From: a virus
Taxonomy: Duplodnaviria > Caudoviricetes
IMG/VR virus record: IMGVR_UViG_3300025012_000085
Coordinates: 924-64,923 of that record
Length of the DNA: 64,000 nucleotides
Direction: 5' to 3' (one strand)
A program made the translations under genes and the position numbers. Shown piece after piece: positions 26,357 to 36,725 of the stretch. Under the pieces are notes generated by a model. It saw only the letters and a list, made by a program, of their open reading frames with translations, was not told where the DNA came from and made no database searches. Positions within the stretch are counted from its first letter, which is position 1. Every line of letters begins with the position of its first letter.

Positions 26357-28351
26357 ATGAAAATTATTACACTCCAATCACTATCCCTTAAAAACTTCAA
26401 AGGCGTAGAGGATTTTACTCTTGAGTTGAACAGTAAAAACGCTGACATTTTCGGCAAGAACGCAACAGGTAAAAGTACGCTTTTTGACTCTAGCCAGTGG
26501 TTACTTTTTGGGAAAGATTCATCAGGTCGCACAGATTATCAGATTAAGCCGCAGGATGAAGATGGGAACGAACTACATCACCTGGATTGCATTGTCGAGG
26601 GAATTTTCCTTGTCGATGGCAACAAGCTCAAACTCAAGCGTCAACTCTCTGAAAAATGGGTGAAGAAACAGGGAACCCAAGTAAAAGAGTTTACTGGCAA
26701 TGAAACAAAGTATTGGGTCAACGATGTCCCGGTAAAAGCCAAGGACTACGTTCTAGAAATCAACCTTCTCGTAAAGGAAAACATCTTCAAACTCCTAACG
26801 AACCCCCTCTATTTCAACACGAATGAGAAGGGTTTTGGATGGCAAGAACGGCGCAAAATCCTATTTGAGATATGCGGAAATATATCCGATTCGGATGTTA
26901 TTGACTCGTTAGTTACTATTGGCGATAAAAGTATGCTAGACCTGCAAATGGTCATCAACTCCGGCAGAACAATTGAGCAACACAAGTTGGTCGTTGCCGA
27001 GAAGATTAAAAGCACTAAATCCCAAACGGATGGGATACCAAGTCGGATCAACGAACAACAACGCAATATCACGGAAGATGTCACTGATTATGTGGCTATA
27101 GAAACCTCACTACAGGAGCGGAAAGCCGCCTTACAGGCTATTGAACTAGAACTAGCTACGAACTTACAGGGAGCTAGTTTATACCGCCAGAAACAGCAAC
27201 AGGCGTATAAGCTGCAAGGCGAGTTGGATGCTCGAAAGAAGGAATTAGATACCGATACAGGGGCTGGGCTAAAGAAGTTGGTTGATGAAAAATCTAGCCT
27301 CGTTAATGAAAAATATTCCATTTCCAATGAGGTTGCGCACCTTGGTTCTCGATCACTTCTGAGAATTTCGGAGTTAGATACGCTTGAGGGTAAAATCATT
27401 AAACTTCGCAATAAATGGAAAGAGGAAAGTAAAAAACAATTTGTTCTCCCTGATGGATTCTTTTGCTCAATTTGCGAACAACCTTTACCGGAAGATCAAG
27501 CCCAGGAAAAAACCAGCAAGATGAAAGATAACTTCAATAAGAGTAAGGAACAAATATTATCCTCTATTAGTGGGGAGGGAAAAAGCTATGCAGATAGGGT
27601 AGAAGTTCTTAATAAAGAAAAGGAATCGGATGCCGCAAGCCTTACCGCGCTAGAAGAATCACTAAAACGAATCAATGACCGCCTTGCCGGACTTGAAACC
27701 CTAATTGAAACTGAACAAAGGCCCTGCGAGGAACCTAATTACTATCTTGATGAACAATACAGAGTCCTCTTTGACCGACTTAATGAGCTTAGAACCGAAC
27801 TGGACAAGCCCATCGAGGACACAACTACCGAACTTCTAGCTAAAAAACAAGAAGCAACTTCCTTGACCGAGTCCCTGAACAAAACTCTCAATCAGAAGGA
27901 AGTAGCCGAGAAATCCAAGATTCGTATTAATGAACTCAAGGCCGAAGAAAGCAAATTGGCTGGGGAACTAAACAGCTACGAGCGTCAAGACTATCTAATT
28001 AAACAGTTCACAACTGCCAAGGTGGAGATGCTTGAGGATAGCATAAACAACCGATTCAAGACGGTTAAATTCAAACTGTTCGACACACTGAATGATGGAA
28101 CTGAAAAAGAAGTTTGCCGGACGTTGGTTAATACGAACGGGGTTTTGGTTGAGTTTGATGGGGCTAATAATGGTGGCAAGATTAATGCCGGGATCGATAT
28201 TATCAATCTTCTGTCAGAGTTTTACGAAGTATCATTGCCGTTATTTATTGACAATGCGGAGTCGTTGACAAGCTTTGTTGGTACAAATTCACAGGTTATC
28301 AAGTTAATTGTGAGTGAATCTGATCCTATTTTGAGAGTGGAGGTTGCTTGA
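26357..28351 (+). CDS. Rad50/SbcC-like AAA ATPase
   Basis: LKNFKG, GKNATGKST, coiled coil with CSICEQ hook, PLFIDNAES. Confidence 0.9.
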   Translation: MKIITLQSLSLKNFKGVEDFTLELNSKNADIFGKNATGKSTLFDSSQWLLFGKDSSGRTDYQIKPQDEDGNELHHLDCIVEGIFLVDGNKLKLKRQLSEKWVKKQGTQVKEFTGNETKYWVNDVPVKAKDYVLEINLLVKENIFKLLTNPLYFNTNEKGFGWQERRKILFEICGNISDSDVIDSLVTIGDKSMLDLQMVINSGRTIEQHKLVVAEKIKSTKSQTDGIPSRINEQQRNITEDVTDYVAIETSLQERKAALQAIELELATNLQGASLYRQKQQQAYKLQGELDARKKELDTDTGAGLKKLVDEKSSLVNEKYSISNEVAHLGSRSLLRISELDTLEGKIIKLRNKWKEESKKQFVLPDGFFCSICEQPLPEDQAQEKTSKMKDNFNKSKEQILSSISGEGKSYADRVEVLNKEKESDAASLTALEESLKRINDRLAGLETLIETEQRPCEEPNYYLDEQYRVLFDRLNELRTELDKPIEDTTTELLAKKQEATSLTESLNKTLNQKEVAEKSKIRINELKAEESKLAGELNSYERQDYLIKQFTTAKVEMLEDSINNRFKTVKFKLFDTLNDGTEKEVCRTLVNTNGVLVEFDGANNGGKINAGIDIINLLSEFYEVSLPLFIDNAESLTSFVGTNSQVIKLIVSESDPILRVEVA

Positions 28352-28639
28352 ATGAAAAAGTTTTTAACAGTTGTAACACAACGGAATGATTACAGAACCA
28401 AGCAGGTTCTTTATATTGACACCGATGAACAGCTAGGGGTTTATGACTTATCTGAATGCCCCGAGGACGCAATTATTGGACGCGACCTAGTGGACTGTGA
28501 CGATATTGCTAAGTATATCAAGATGGGCGCAATGTTTGCGAGAGAAGGATTCAGGTTAGTAATTAATTCGGAAAAAGTAGATGACTTAGAAGAATTCGAC
28601 ATTGAAGAGTATTTAAAGAAAGTGGAGGCACAACAATAA
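28352..28639 (+). CDS. hypothetical phage protein
   Basis: ECPEDAIIGRDL motif. Confidence 0.6.
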   Translation: MKKFLTVVTQRNDYRTKQVLYIDTDEQLGVYDLSECPEDAIIGRDLVDCDDIAKYIKMGAMFAREGFRLVINSEKVDDLEEFDIEEYLKKVEAQQ

Positions 28640-29697
28640 TGACAACAGATATAGCGGTAAAAGAACAACCCATGTCAGAGCGGTTCATGCTTAAGGTAAC
28701 GGCATTATTTAACACAAATGTTGGTGATATAGCCTTGACTAATTTCCAGAAACGCTTAGCTCAAAACTATTTCATCGTTGCGGATAACGTCCTGAAAAAA
28801 GCAGAAGAAAAGCGGATGAAGAAGTCGGAGGATTACAGAGATCCACTTCCTTATACATGGGCGAATGTCAATATGGAGGAACTTGCCGAGAGTGTTGTGG
28901 CGGCAGCTAGGGTTGGATGGGACCCCACGCAAGACAATCACGTTAGCCTTATTCCATTTAAACAAAACGGGGTCAACAAGTACGGAATAACCTTCATGCC
29001 TGGATATAAAGGTCGTCAACTAAAAGCCGTAAAATATGGTCTAGATGTACCGGATAGCGTCATTGTTGAGCTTGTTTATTCCACCGACAAGTTCAAGTCC
29101 CATAAAAAGGACCACAAAAACACGATAGAACATTATGAATTTGATATCCTAAATGACTTTGAGCGCGGTGAGATTGTCGGCGGATTCTACTATCATATTT
29201 TCTTTGATCATCCTGAGAAAAACAAACTCGTTGTTTTCTCACTGAAAGACATCCTGAAAAGAAAGCCGGACAAGGCATCGGCAGAGTTTTGGGGTGGAGA
29301 AAAAACGGTTTATGAAGATGTTTTAAAGGATGGGAAAGTGGTATGGAAGGATGGAAAAAAAGTTCAAAAGAGGGTACAGATACAATCTGAGGGCTGGTAT
29401 GAAAAAATGTGCTACAAGACGGTGTTTATTGCCGCCTACAAAGATATTACCATCGATAGCCAGAAGATTGACGACGATTTCCTCAGACTTAATCAACTTG
29501 AAAACGACTTTAAAGAAGTTGAGGTTGAGCGCGAGATCGCCGAAAACGCTAACGGTAATGTAATCGACATCGTATCCGAGGATGTTCCAAATGACCACGA
29601 ATCAAGGGAAGGTATTACCGATGCCGAGATAGTTGAGATGGATAAGAAGGCCGAGGAAGAACGAGCTGGAAAACCATCCGATGGCCCGGGGTTTTAG
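28639..29697 (+). CDS. recT: RecT-family single-strand annealing protein
   Basis: G.DP.....LIPF...GY.G...AVKYG...VY..D.F...WYEKM..KT; lies between the ATPase and the MBL gene. Confidence 0.8.
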   Translation: MTTDIAVKEQPMSERFMLKVTALFNTNVGDIALTNFQKRLAQNYFIVADNVLKKAEEKRMKKSEDYRDPLPYTWANVNMEELAESVVAAARVGWDPTQDNHVSLIPFKQNGVNKYGITFMPGYKGRQLKAVKYGLDVPDSVIVELVYSTDKFKSHKKDHKNTIEHYEFDILNDFERGEIVGGFYYHIFFDHPEKNKLVVFSLKDILKRKPDKASAEFWGGEKTVYEDVLKDGKVVWKDGKKVQKRVQIQSEGWYEKMCYKTVFIAAYKDITIDSQKIDDDFLRLNQLENDFKEVEVEREIAENANGNVIDIVSEDVPNDHESREGITDAEIVEMDKKAEEERAGKPSDGPGF

Positions 29698-29700
29698 GGT

Positions 29701-30444
29701 ATGAATCTGAAGGTTATCGGAAGTTCTAGTAAGGGAAATGCCTATATTCTGGAAACACCAACCGGAAAACTTCTCCTAGAGTGTGGATTTTCAAACTTTA
29801 GAATCATCAAAGAGGCATTGAATTACGACTTAAAAAGTGTACAAGCATGTCTACTCACACACTCTCATTCCGACCATTCCGCATCTATATACTATGTCTG
29901 CAGAAATGGTATTGATATCTATATGACACAAGAAACGGCAGATACAACCGGTTCGAAAGGTCATCGTGTAAATATTATCGAGGTAGGTAAGCAGTTTGAG
30001 GTGGGGGACTTCATCGTCCTCCCCTTCCCCACCGAGCATGACTGCCCAGGCGCGGTAGGTTATCTAATCCAGTACAAGCCAACTGGCGAGAAAATGCTCT
30101 TCGCAACTGACACGTACTTTATAAGAAATCGTTTCAATGGATTAAATTATGTCTTAATAGAATGTAACTACTGTAAAGACACGCTAGATGCAAATATTGA
30201 AGCAGGATACATTCAATCTAGTATGAAAAACAGATTATTAGAGAGTCATTTTTCACTGGAACATGTCAAAGAATTCTTATCTGCTAACGATTTGTCGCAA
30301 GTTAGGAAGATTGTCTTATTACATTTGTCCTACAACAACTCGGATGCAGAAAGAATGGTCAAGGAAATAACAGAGTTGACTGGTAAGGATACAGAGATTG
30401 CGGAGGCCGGTAAAAATATACCATTGGAACTTTATCCATTTTAA
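29701..30444 (+). CDS. metallo-beta-lactamase-fold nuclease
   Basis: GSSSKGN, THSHSDH, HD, ATDT, IECNY, LLHLS. Confidence 0.9.
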   Translation: MNLKVIGSSSKGNAYILETPTGKLLLECGFSNFRIIKEALNYDLKSVQACLLTHSHSDHSASIYYVCRNGIDIYMTQETADTTGSKGHRVNIIEVGKQFEVGDFIVLPFPTEHDCPGAVGYLIQYKPTGEKMLFATDTYFIRNRFNGLNYVLIECNYCKDTLDANIEAGYIQSSMKNRLLESHFSLEHVKEFLSANDLSQVRKIVLLHLSYNNSDAERMVKEITELTGKDTEIAEAGKNIPLELYPF

Positions 30445-30488
30445 AAATAAAGGGCAACTAACCCCCGCCAACCAAAGGAGGAAGGAAA

Positions 30489-30719
30489 ATGCAAAGTACA
30501 GTAAAACTCATAATTGATCCAGCTATTTTCGAAAAACTCTACATGTCCGGAAAGACTGATGACGCAATAGCAAGAGTTATCAACTGCAGTAACGTCAGGA
30601 TACACAAAGAGCGAATTAATTTGAAGTGGCCTAGCAATCAGGGGTTATTCAGTTGGCAGAGGAAGCTAAGAAGAAGCGAGTTCGAGCGAATCCCGGCGAA
30701 GTATCGGTATGAGAATTAA
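30489..30719 (+). CDS. small HTH protein (paralog family, copy 1)
   Basis: LY.SGKTD..IA..INCS...PSNQGLFSW. Confidence 0.65.
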   Translation: MQSTVKLIIDPAIFEKLYMSGKTDDAIARVINCSNVRIHKERINLKWPSNQGLFSWQRKLRRSEFERIPAKYRYEN

Positions 30720-30731
30720 GGAGGTAAATGC

Positions 30732-31292
30732 ATGAAAATAAACTTTCTCAAAATTAAAGGATCATGGCAAGAGGTTAAAGATGCTGCGATGACCACTATC
30801 GACAAGGATGCAGGAGCAAACCCTACAAGCGAATGGAAAAGGAGAATGTTGCTTTGCGAACACTCTCCGATAAGAAAAATACTTATCAAGTGGAAATGGG
30901 ATAATCTCCTGTGGTGGGTTCAGACGCATTTTACTAGGCATCATGTCGGAATAGAATGGCACGTAAGCACCAGCAGGACGGATAGGACAGGCATAAGCAG
31001 GGATGAGGTAGGTTCGCAAGCTAATCTTATTTCTGTCGAAGGAGAGGCTAACGCACAGGCTATTATTAATATATCAAGAAAACGTCTATGTAATTTGGCA
31101 AGTTCGGAAACAAGAGTCGCATGGAGAACATTTTTATGGGAACTGGCAAGAGATGAACCGGAGCTAGAAATGGTAAGCGTTCCCGATTGCGTTTACCGAG
31201 GTTATTGCTACGAATACAAGAGTTGTGGATACCACAAGACTCCTGATTATCAAGTTGAGTTAGCGAGATATAGAAAGGGGATAAATCAATGA
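30732..31292 (+). CDS. thyX: FAD-dependent thymidylate synthase ThyX
   Basis: EHSPIR, HFTRHH...STSRTDR, SRKRLC..AS.ETR, VPDCVYRG.C.E. Confidence 0.8.
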   Translation: MKINFLKIKGSWQEVKDAAMTTIDKDAGANPTSEWKRRMLLCEHSPIRKILIKWKWDNLLWWVQTHFTRHHVGIEWHVSTSRTDRTGISRDEVGSQANLISVEGEANAQAIINISRKRLCNLASSETRVAWRTFLWELARDEPELEMVSVPDCVYRGYCYEYKSCGYHKTPDYQVELARYRKGINQ

Positions 31293-31555
31293 AACAACTA
31301 GGGATTTCAGTAACAATGGACAGTTTCGGAAGAATCACAATACCAAAATCACTAAGGATTTCAATGGGATACGAGCCGACCACACCCTTAGAAATGTTAT
31401 CGGATGGAAAAGAATTGCGTATTCGCAAGCATTTTACCGGCTGCATGTTTTGCGGATCTGACGATAAGGTTGTGGCATGGCATGGGGATAAGGTTTGCAG
31501 GGCATGCGCGAGTGATATTTTAGCGAAGAGTGTGAAGGAGAGTGTTGAGGGATGA
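31289..31555 (+). CDS. abrB: AbrB-family regulator with clostridial-type Zn finger
   Basis: GI...MDSFGRITIPKSLR...RK...CMFCG...VCRAC. Confidence 0.8.
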   Translation: MKQLGISVTMDSFGRITIPKSLRISMGYEPTTPLEMLSDGKELRIRKHFTGCMFCGSDDKVVAWHGDKVCRACASDILAKSVKESVEG

Positions 31556-31910
31556 AGACTTGGAAAATGATCAAGGAGTTAACTGAAAATCCAAAACTTA
31601 AATTTCATTGCATAAATAAAAATGGCGTTGGTGGGTATGACGTTTAGTTGGACGAACGTGGGAAATTATCAATAGAGAGTGGTGCTTATACTGTCTATGT
31701 ATTTGACAGGAACGGCGAGGATGTTGAATGGGAGATAGTCAGAAAATCTGTCGATTTCATGACCGCTGCAAATAGCGGGAAGAGAATACGTCCAGATGAT
31801 GAGCCGGCAAAAATTCACGGCTTTAATGAACTAGGTTACTGGTCGTTAAACATTGATAGGATCAATGGTAAATGGCTAGTCGAGTAGTAAAAAAATAAGC
31901 CAGACGATGA

Positions 31911-32081
31911 TTATCTCTGGCTTTCCTTCTCCTTATTATATTTCCTTAAAAAATCCTTCAAAATATTGTTTAACTGCTGACTAAATGAACGGTCCTGCTC
32001 CTCCGCAATCTGTGCAATCTTATCGTTTATATCCTTGTCGATGGAAATAGAAGTCTTAACCTTTTCTGATTTATCAGACAT
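31911..32081 (-). CDS. Arc/Mnt-like RHH protein (56 aa)
   Basis: MSDKSEKVKTSISIDKDINDKIAQIAEEQDRSFSQQLNNILK; RBS aaggag. Confidence 0.75.
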   Translation of the reverse strand: MSDKSEKVKTSISIDKDINDKIAQIAEEQDRSFSQQLNNILKDFLRKYNKEKESQR

Positions 32082-32208
32082 AAAACCACTCCTTTTATAT
32101 TTAATTGTAACATAGTATGTCCATTGCGACCATTAATATATTCAGGAGTAGCTAAAAGTATTCATATGTGGTATAATTATAAGGTAGTAAATAGGGAGGT
32201 GACAAGAA

Positions 32209-32376
32209 ATGGCTAAGGTAAAAACATCAATATCGTTAGAGGAAGAGGTCTTCAGAAAGCTGTCCGACATGTCCACGAGGGGAGATAGGTCAATATCCGG
32301 TCAAGTTTCGCATTTAATAAAGAATAGCGAAGAAGAACAAGATTACAAAAAGGAAGAGGTTCAAATTGGCGATTGA
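32209..32376 (+). CDS. Arc/Mnt-like RHH protein (55 aa)
   Basis: MAKVKTSISLEEEVFRKLSDMSTRGDRSISGQVSHLIK; TGgTATAAT promoter and ggaggt RBS. Confidence 0.75.
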   Translation: MAKVKTSISLEEEVFRKLSDMSTRGDRSISGQVSHLIKNSEEEQDYKKEEVQIGD

Positions 32377-33142
32377 TGCGTACTACTTCTCTCATGATTC
32401 AAATGCTAAGGATGATCCTAAATGCGTCCTCTTGATAGAGCAGTTGGGACTCGAGGGATACGGAATTTATTGGGTATTAATCGAAATGTTAAGGGACCAG
32501 CCGGGGTACAAATATCCGTTAGCCCTAATTCCCGCAATATCAAGAAGATATAACACAACAAGCGAAAAGATGAAGACTGTCATTAGTAATTATGGGTTAT
32601 TTGAAATTGACGAGAATGACTTCTTTAGTATTTCGCTCCTTAAAAGAATGGAACATTTAGATAACAAAAGGATTCAAGCGTCTATAGCTGGTAAGGCATC
32701 TGCTCAAGCTTGGAGAAGGGCCAACGGACGCTCAACGGACGTTCAACAGGAGTCGGACGATGGTTCAACTATTAAACCTAACGTAACTACACCAAATGAA
32801 ATTAATACTTCTTGTCCGACAAACAAGTTTGCAGACGAGTCGATTGAATTTATCTTAGCCTGTGAGCTTTATAATTTAATGTTATCCAATAACCCTAAAC
32901 TCAAAGAACCAAACTTTCAGGCATGGGCAAAAACATTTGACTTAATAATCAGGAGAGACAAAAAAAGCGTTGAGGATATTAGGTTAATTATGAATTGGAG
33001 CCAGAAGGATGCCTTTTGGTGTACCAATATACTTTCTCCAGACAAATTAAGGAAACAGTTTGAGCAACTAACACTAAAGAGAAAAGCGGAAAGCAAAAAA
33101 CAAATAGTAACAGACAGGGATTATAGCAAGGTTAAATTATAA
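32366..33142 (+). CDS. phage replication initiator (DUF4373/Lin1244 N-terminus)
   Basis: YFSHDSNA..DPK...GLEGYGIYW.LIE.L; C-terminal FW..NILSPDKLRKQF; internal caacggacg repeats. Confidence 0.85.
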   Translation: MAIDAYYFSHDSNAKDDPKCVLLIEQLGLEGYGIYWVLIEMLRDQPGYKYPLALIPAISRRYNTTSEKMKTVISNYGLFEIDENDFFSISLLKRMEHLDNKRIQASIAGKASAQAWRRANGRSTDVQQESDDGSTIKPNVTTPNEINTSCPTNKFADESIEFILACELYNLMLSNNPKLKEPNFQAWAKTFDLIIRRDKKSVEDIRLIMNWSQKDAFWCTNILSPDKLRKQFEQLTLKRKAESKKQIVTDRDYSKVKL

Positions 33143-33157
33143 GGATGTGGTGAAAAG

Positions 33158-34924
33158 TTGGAGCCTTTAGAGTTTGCCAGAAGATACTTAGGTGAATTTA
33201 AGCAACACGGAAACGAGATTATTCCAACTTACTGTCCCCATTGTCACGGCGGGGTGCACAAGGATAAGTTTTCATGGGCCTTAAACGTGGACAAGCTCAC
33301 ATATAACTGCAAAAGGGGAAGTTGCGGAAAGCAAGGTCACTTCTCCCAATTGTGCAAGGAGTTTGGGGAATCTTACACAAATACGAATTACGAAATGAGA
33401 AAGCCACTAAAAAAGTCATTCAAGAAGCCCATAACCATCGTAGATCCTGCAAAGAAGAAGATTGAGGACTATTTATCACTCAGAGGGTTTACGAAGCCTA
33501 CATGGGAACGTAGGGGATTAGGCGAAGTAAATGGGGCTATAGCATTTCCGTACTACGTCGATGGCGAATTGGTCCTGATGAAATTCCGCAAGCCAGAGAA
33601 GTACGATGGCAATGGTCAAAAGGCATGGAGGGAAGAAGGTGGTCAATCAGTACTATGGGGAATGGACTTATGTGCCTTTGATAAACCATTGGTCATTGTA
33701 GAAGGGGAAATGGATGCGCTCGCACTCGATGAAGCAGGGGTGCAAAATGTGGTCAGTGTGCCGAGTGGGGCCAATGATTTAAGTTGGGTTGAGAATTGCT
33801 GGGATTGGCTGGATAAGTTCGGCAAGGTAATCATTTGGGGAGATAACGACGATCCCGGGCGCAAGATGGTCAGGGATATAATACCTAAAATTGGAGCATG
33901 GAAATGTTTTGTGGTCGATACTACGCACCAGGACGCAAATGTCAGTTTAGCTAAGGATGGAAAAGATAAAACGGCTGAATGCGTGAGGAACGCAAGAGGG
34001 ATACCCATAAACGGATTAATAGATATGGCTGACATAGTTCCAATTGATCTTACTAATTTAGAACGGGCTAGCTCCGGGATACCTGCAATAGCTCATGCCA
34101 TAGGTGATTTCCTGATGGGTGAAGTTTCGGTATGGACAGGAAGAAGCGGTCAGGGCAAGTCAACATTTTTGGGTCAAGTGATGATTGAGGCAATTAACGA
34201 AGGAAGGTCAGTATGCGCCTACAGTGGGGAACTTAGGGCGGATCGCTTTCAGTATTGGATTAATCTTCAGGCAGCAGGGCGAAAGAATATTGAATACTTC
34301 TTTGACAGAGTGAAGGATAAAAAGGTCGGGTTTCTTACATCGGAAGTAAATAACAGGATTAAGGAATGGTATCGAGGTAAGTTTTGGCTTTATGACAATA
34401 ATGTGAATGCTGAGAATAGCGAAGAGGCAGGAATAATTAAACTCTTCACGTATGCAGCCCGAAAGTATGATTGCAAAGTTTTCTTAGTTGATAATCTCAT
34501 GACCTCTAAATTTGACACCGGAAAGTCGGAAAATGACTATTACCGGGCGCAATCTAACTTCGTTGGAGAACTGCTTCATTTTGCCAAAACATATAACGTG
34601 CATGTTCACTTGGTAGCGCACCCTAATAAGGGTAAGGGAAAGCTAGAAAAAGAATCGGTATCAGGGACAGGGGATATTACAAACCGAGCCGATAATGCTT
34701 TTTCTGTAGAGAGGGTAACTGATCCAACGTTGGGGTGTGATGCAATTATAAACATAATGAAAAACCGTTCAGACGGGGTGCAAGACTTGGAAATAGGATT
34801 AAGCTTTGATCCTGACAGTAAAAGGTTTTGGCAACCATCAGACCCGATTGGATTTATGAAAAAGTATGGATGGGAAAATAATCATGTACTCGGAACAATT
34901 GTAGAAGAAAATGCAACCTGGTAA
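33158..34924 (+). CDS. T7 gp4/Twinkle-like primase-helicase
   Basis: Zn finger CPHC...CKRGSC, TOPRIM VEGEMD/SVPSGA/DNDDPG, Walker A GRSGQGKST, VDNL, VAHP. Confidence 0.92.
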   Translation: MEPLEFARRYLGEFKQHGNEIIPTYCPHCHGGVHKDKFSWALNVDKLTYNCKRGSCGKQGHFSQLCKEFGESYTNTNYEMRKPLKKSFKKPITIVDPAKKKIEDYLSLRGFTKPTWERRGLGEVNGAIAFPYYVDGELVLMKFRKPEKYDGNGQKAWREEGGQSVLWGMDLCAFDKPLVIVEGEMDALALDEAGVQNVVSVPSGANDLSWVENCWDWLDKFGKVIIWGDNDDPGRKMVRDIIPKIGAWKCFVVDTTHQDANVSLAKDGKDKTAECVRNARGIPINGLIDMADIVPIDLTNLERASSGIPAIAHAIGDFLMGEVSVWTGRSGQGKSTFLGQVMIEAINEGRSVCAYSGELRADRFQYWINLQAAGRKNIEYFFDRVKDKKVGFLTSEVNNRIKEWYRGKFWLYDNNVNAENSEEAGIIKLFTYAARKYDCKVFLVDNLMTSKFDTGKSENDYYRAQSNFVGELLHFAKTYNVHVHLVAHPNKGKGKLEKESVSGTGDITNRADNAFSVERVTDPTLGCDAIINIMKNRSDGVQDLEIGLSFDPDSKRFWQPSDPIGFMKKYGWENNHVLGTIVEENATW

Positions 34925-35199
34925 TAAAGGGGTAATCGAAATGACAGAACCGGAAAACTTATGGTCAACCCTGGATAATGACAGAGATAAAGAACTTTAC
35001 ATGACAGCGTTTTGGTTTGGCGTTAATGCTGGCAAGGACTTGGAAAACAGAATAAGGGAGATGGAAACCGGATGGATAAAAGAAAGGCTTGAAGGAGTGG
35101 TAAATCGTGAAGGATGAGGAATTCGAGGAGATCATGAAGGATATAGCGAGATTGGTCGGCGTGCTGAAGAAAGCTGAGAAGAAATAAGGAGGAACCCAA

Positions 35200-35574
35200 A
35201 TGCGAACAACCTTCAACGAAAAAATAGCCTTACAACTCTACAACTCTGGCAAAAACGATACCCAAATAGGTGAAGTTGTAGGAAAAGCCTCTAACACTAT
35301 TGCACAGTGGAGGCATAGGAAGAAGCTTCCTGTCAACATTGGTAACTTGGCTGACGGGACATACCAAACCGGGGTGAATTATCGCGATGTACTGGAACCG
35401 GGACAGGTGGATGATATGAGCACGTTTCTTATTCACTTGCTCAGGGCCGGAAAACAAGCTGTGAGGGCAGGGGTTAAACCGGATGTCATGGGATTTATGG
35501 AGGTTTATGCTGGCAGAACTAAGATGTGGTCAGAGGAAAGACGGAGCGAGAAGAGGGGGATGGTGGCGAGATGA
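35200..35574 (+). CDS. small HTH protein (paralog family, copy 2)
   Basis: ALQLYNSGKNDTQIGEVVG...TIAQWR...LPVNIG. Confidence 0.65.
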   Translation: MRTTFNEKIALQLYNSGKNDTQIGEVVGKASNTIAQWRHRKKLPVNIGNLADGTYQTGVNYRDVLEPGQVDDMSTFLIHLLRAGKQAVRAGVKPDVMGFMEVYAGRTKMWSEERRSEKRGMVAR

Positions 35575-35957
35575 GTAAATTAACTAGGGATGAGATTATG
35601 GCTAGATGGGATGCGTCCACATCGAGGGAACGCGATGCTTGGGTGGCTAAAAAGGTAATGGGATTAACGATGTCCGAACTGTCCATGAATTCGTATCCCA
35701 AGGTGGTTAACCCGAACAATGAGGCATATATAATGGCGGTTGATTATTACTCAACCGAGATATCCGCAGCCATGGAAATAGTTGAAAAGCTAAAACATAC
35801 TGAAGGGTTTAAATACTTCTGCGTTTCCATGATGGAAGGTGGAAAATTAACCGTTGGATTTATTTTAGGAGAAAAAACAAGCGGAACGGAACCGATGTTG
35901 TCTTTATCTGAGGGAATATGTAAGGCTGCGCTATTGGTTATGGAGGGTAAGGGATGA
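35526..35957 (+). CDS. phage ABA-sandwich-domain protein
   Basis: RE.DA.VA.KVMG...YST.I.AA.EIVEKL...ICKAAL. Confidence 0.7.
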   Translation: MVRGKTEREEGDGGEMSKLTRDEIMARWDASTSRERDAWVAKKVMGLTMSELSMNSYPKVVNPNNEAYIMAVDYYSTEISAAMEIVEKLKHTEGFKYFCVSMMEGGKLTVGFILGEKTSGTEPMLSLSEGICKAALLVMEGKG

Positions 35958-36571
35958 AAATAGAGTGCATCAAGGATGTAATTATGAATATTACTTCGGA
36001 CAAGGCATTTACCGCTGGTTTAACGTACGAAGGATACCGCCACACAAACCCTGATTCTTTCGACGAAACTCTTTGTGCTAAGAATAATTTCGGAATGGGG
36101 CATCATATCAAGGATTATCCAGACTTAGGGGATAACGAATTTTTTGATAAACATTTTAAGATAGTCAGTGAACCAAACTACTTCGACGAAGCCCGAAAAC
36201 TCCTCCCCCTCTCAAACTGCCTAAAACGTCACTACGCCTGTGTAATTGTTAGGGGTGGCCACATTATAGCCAAGGGGTACAATAAGTCGCTTACAGGCTG
36301 TACTACGTGCGCTAGGGAAGATATTGAGCATAATGTTGGAGACTATGCGGAGTGCAAATCAATCCACGCAGAGCAAATGGCCATGATTGGGACGGAAGAG
36401 AGCCTTTATGGTGCTGAGTTATACCTAGTATGCTCGGATGAGGTTGATCCTATACCATGTCCGACTTGCCGGAAGATGATGGATTTCGCGGTGGTAATAC
36501 AGATCAAAGAGGTGAAATGGTGTGGCAAGAAGTCATTTGGACAAAGAAAAGGCACTACAACTTTGGCTTAA
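35954..36571 (+). CDS. dCMP deaminase-like protein with extra N-terminal domain
   Basis: S.C.KR..ACVIV...GYN, IHAEQ.A, PCPTC. Confidence 0.85.
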   Translation: MKIECIKDVIMNITSDKAFTAGLTYEGYRHTNPDSFDETLCAKNNFGMGHHIKDYPDLGDNEFFDKHFKIVSEPNYFDEARKLLPLSNCLKRHYACVIVRGGHIIAKGYNKSLTGCTTCAREDIEHNVGDYAECKSIHAEQMAMIGTEESLYGAELYLVCSDEVDPIPCPTCRKMMDFAVVIQIKEVKWCGKKSFGQRKGTTTLA

Positions 36572-36725
36572 CGGATTGCTCGACAAAGAAATTGGCAAAG
36601 AGTTAGGATGCAGCGCAAACACTATATGGGCATGGCGAGATAAAAACGATTTGCCGAGTAATGTAGGTATTTTTAGCTGGGATAAAGGCTATCGTGAGGG
36701 GGTTGAGAGGGTATGTAATGGATAG
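36522..36725 (+). CDS. small HTH protein (paralog family, copy 3)
   Basis: ALQLWLNG..DKEIGKELGCS.NTI..WR...LPSNVGIFSW. Confidence 0.65.
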   Translation: MARSHLDKEKALQLWLNGLLDKEIGKELGCSANTIWAWRDKNDLPSNVGIFSWDKGYREGVERVCNG

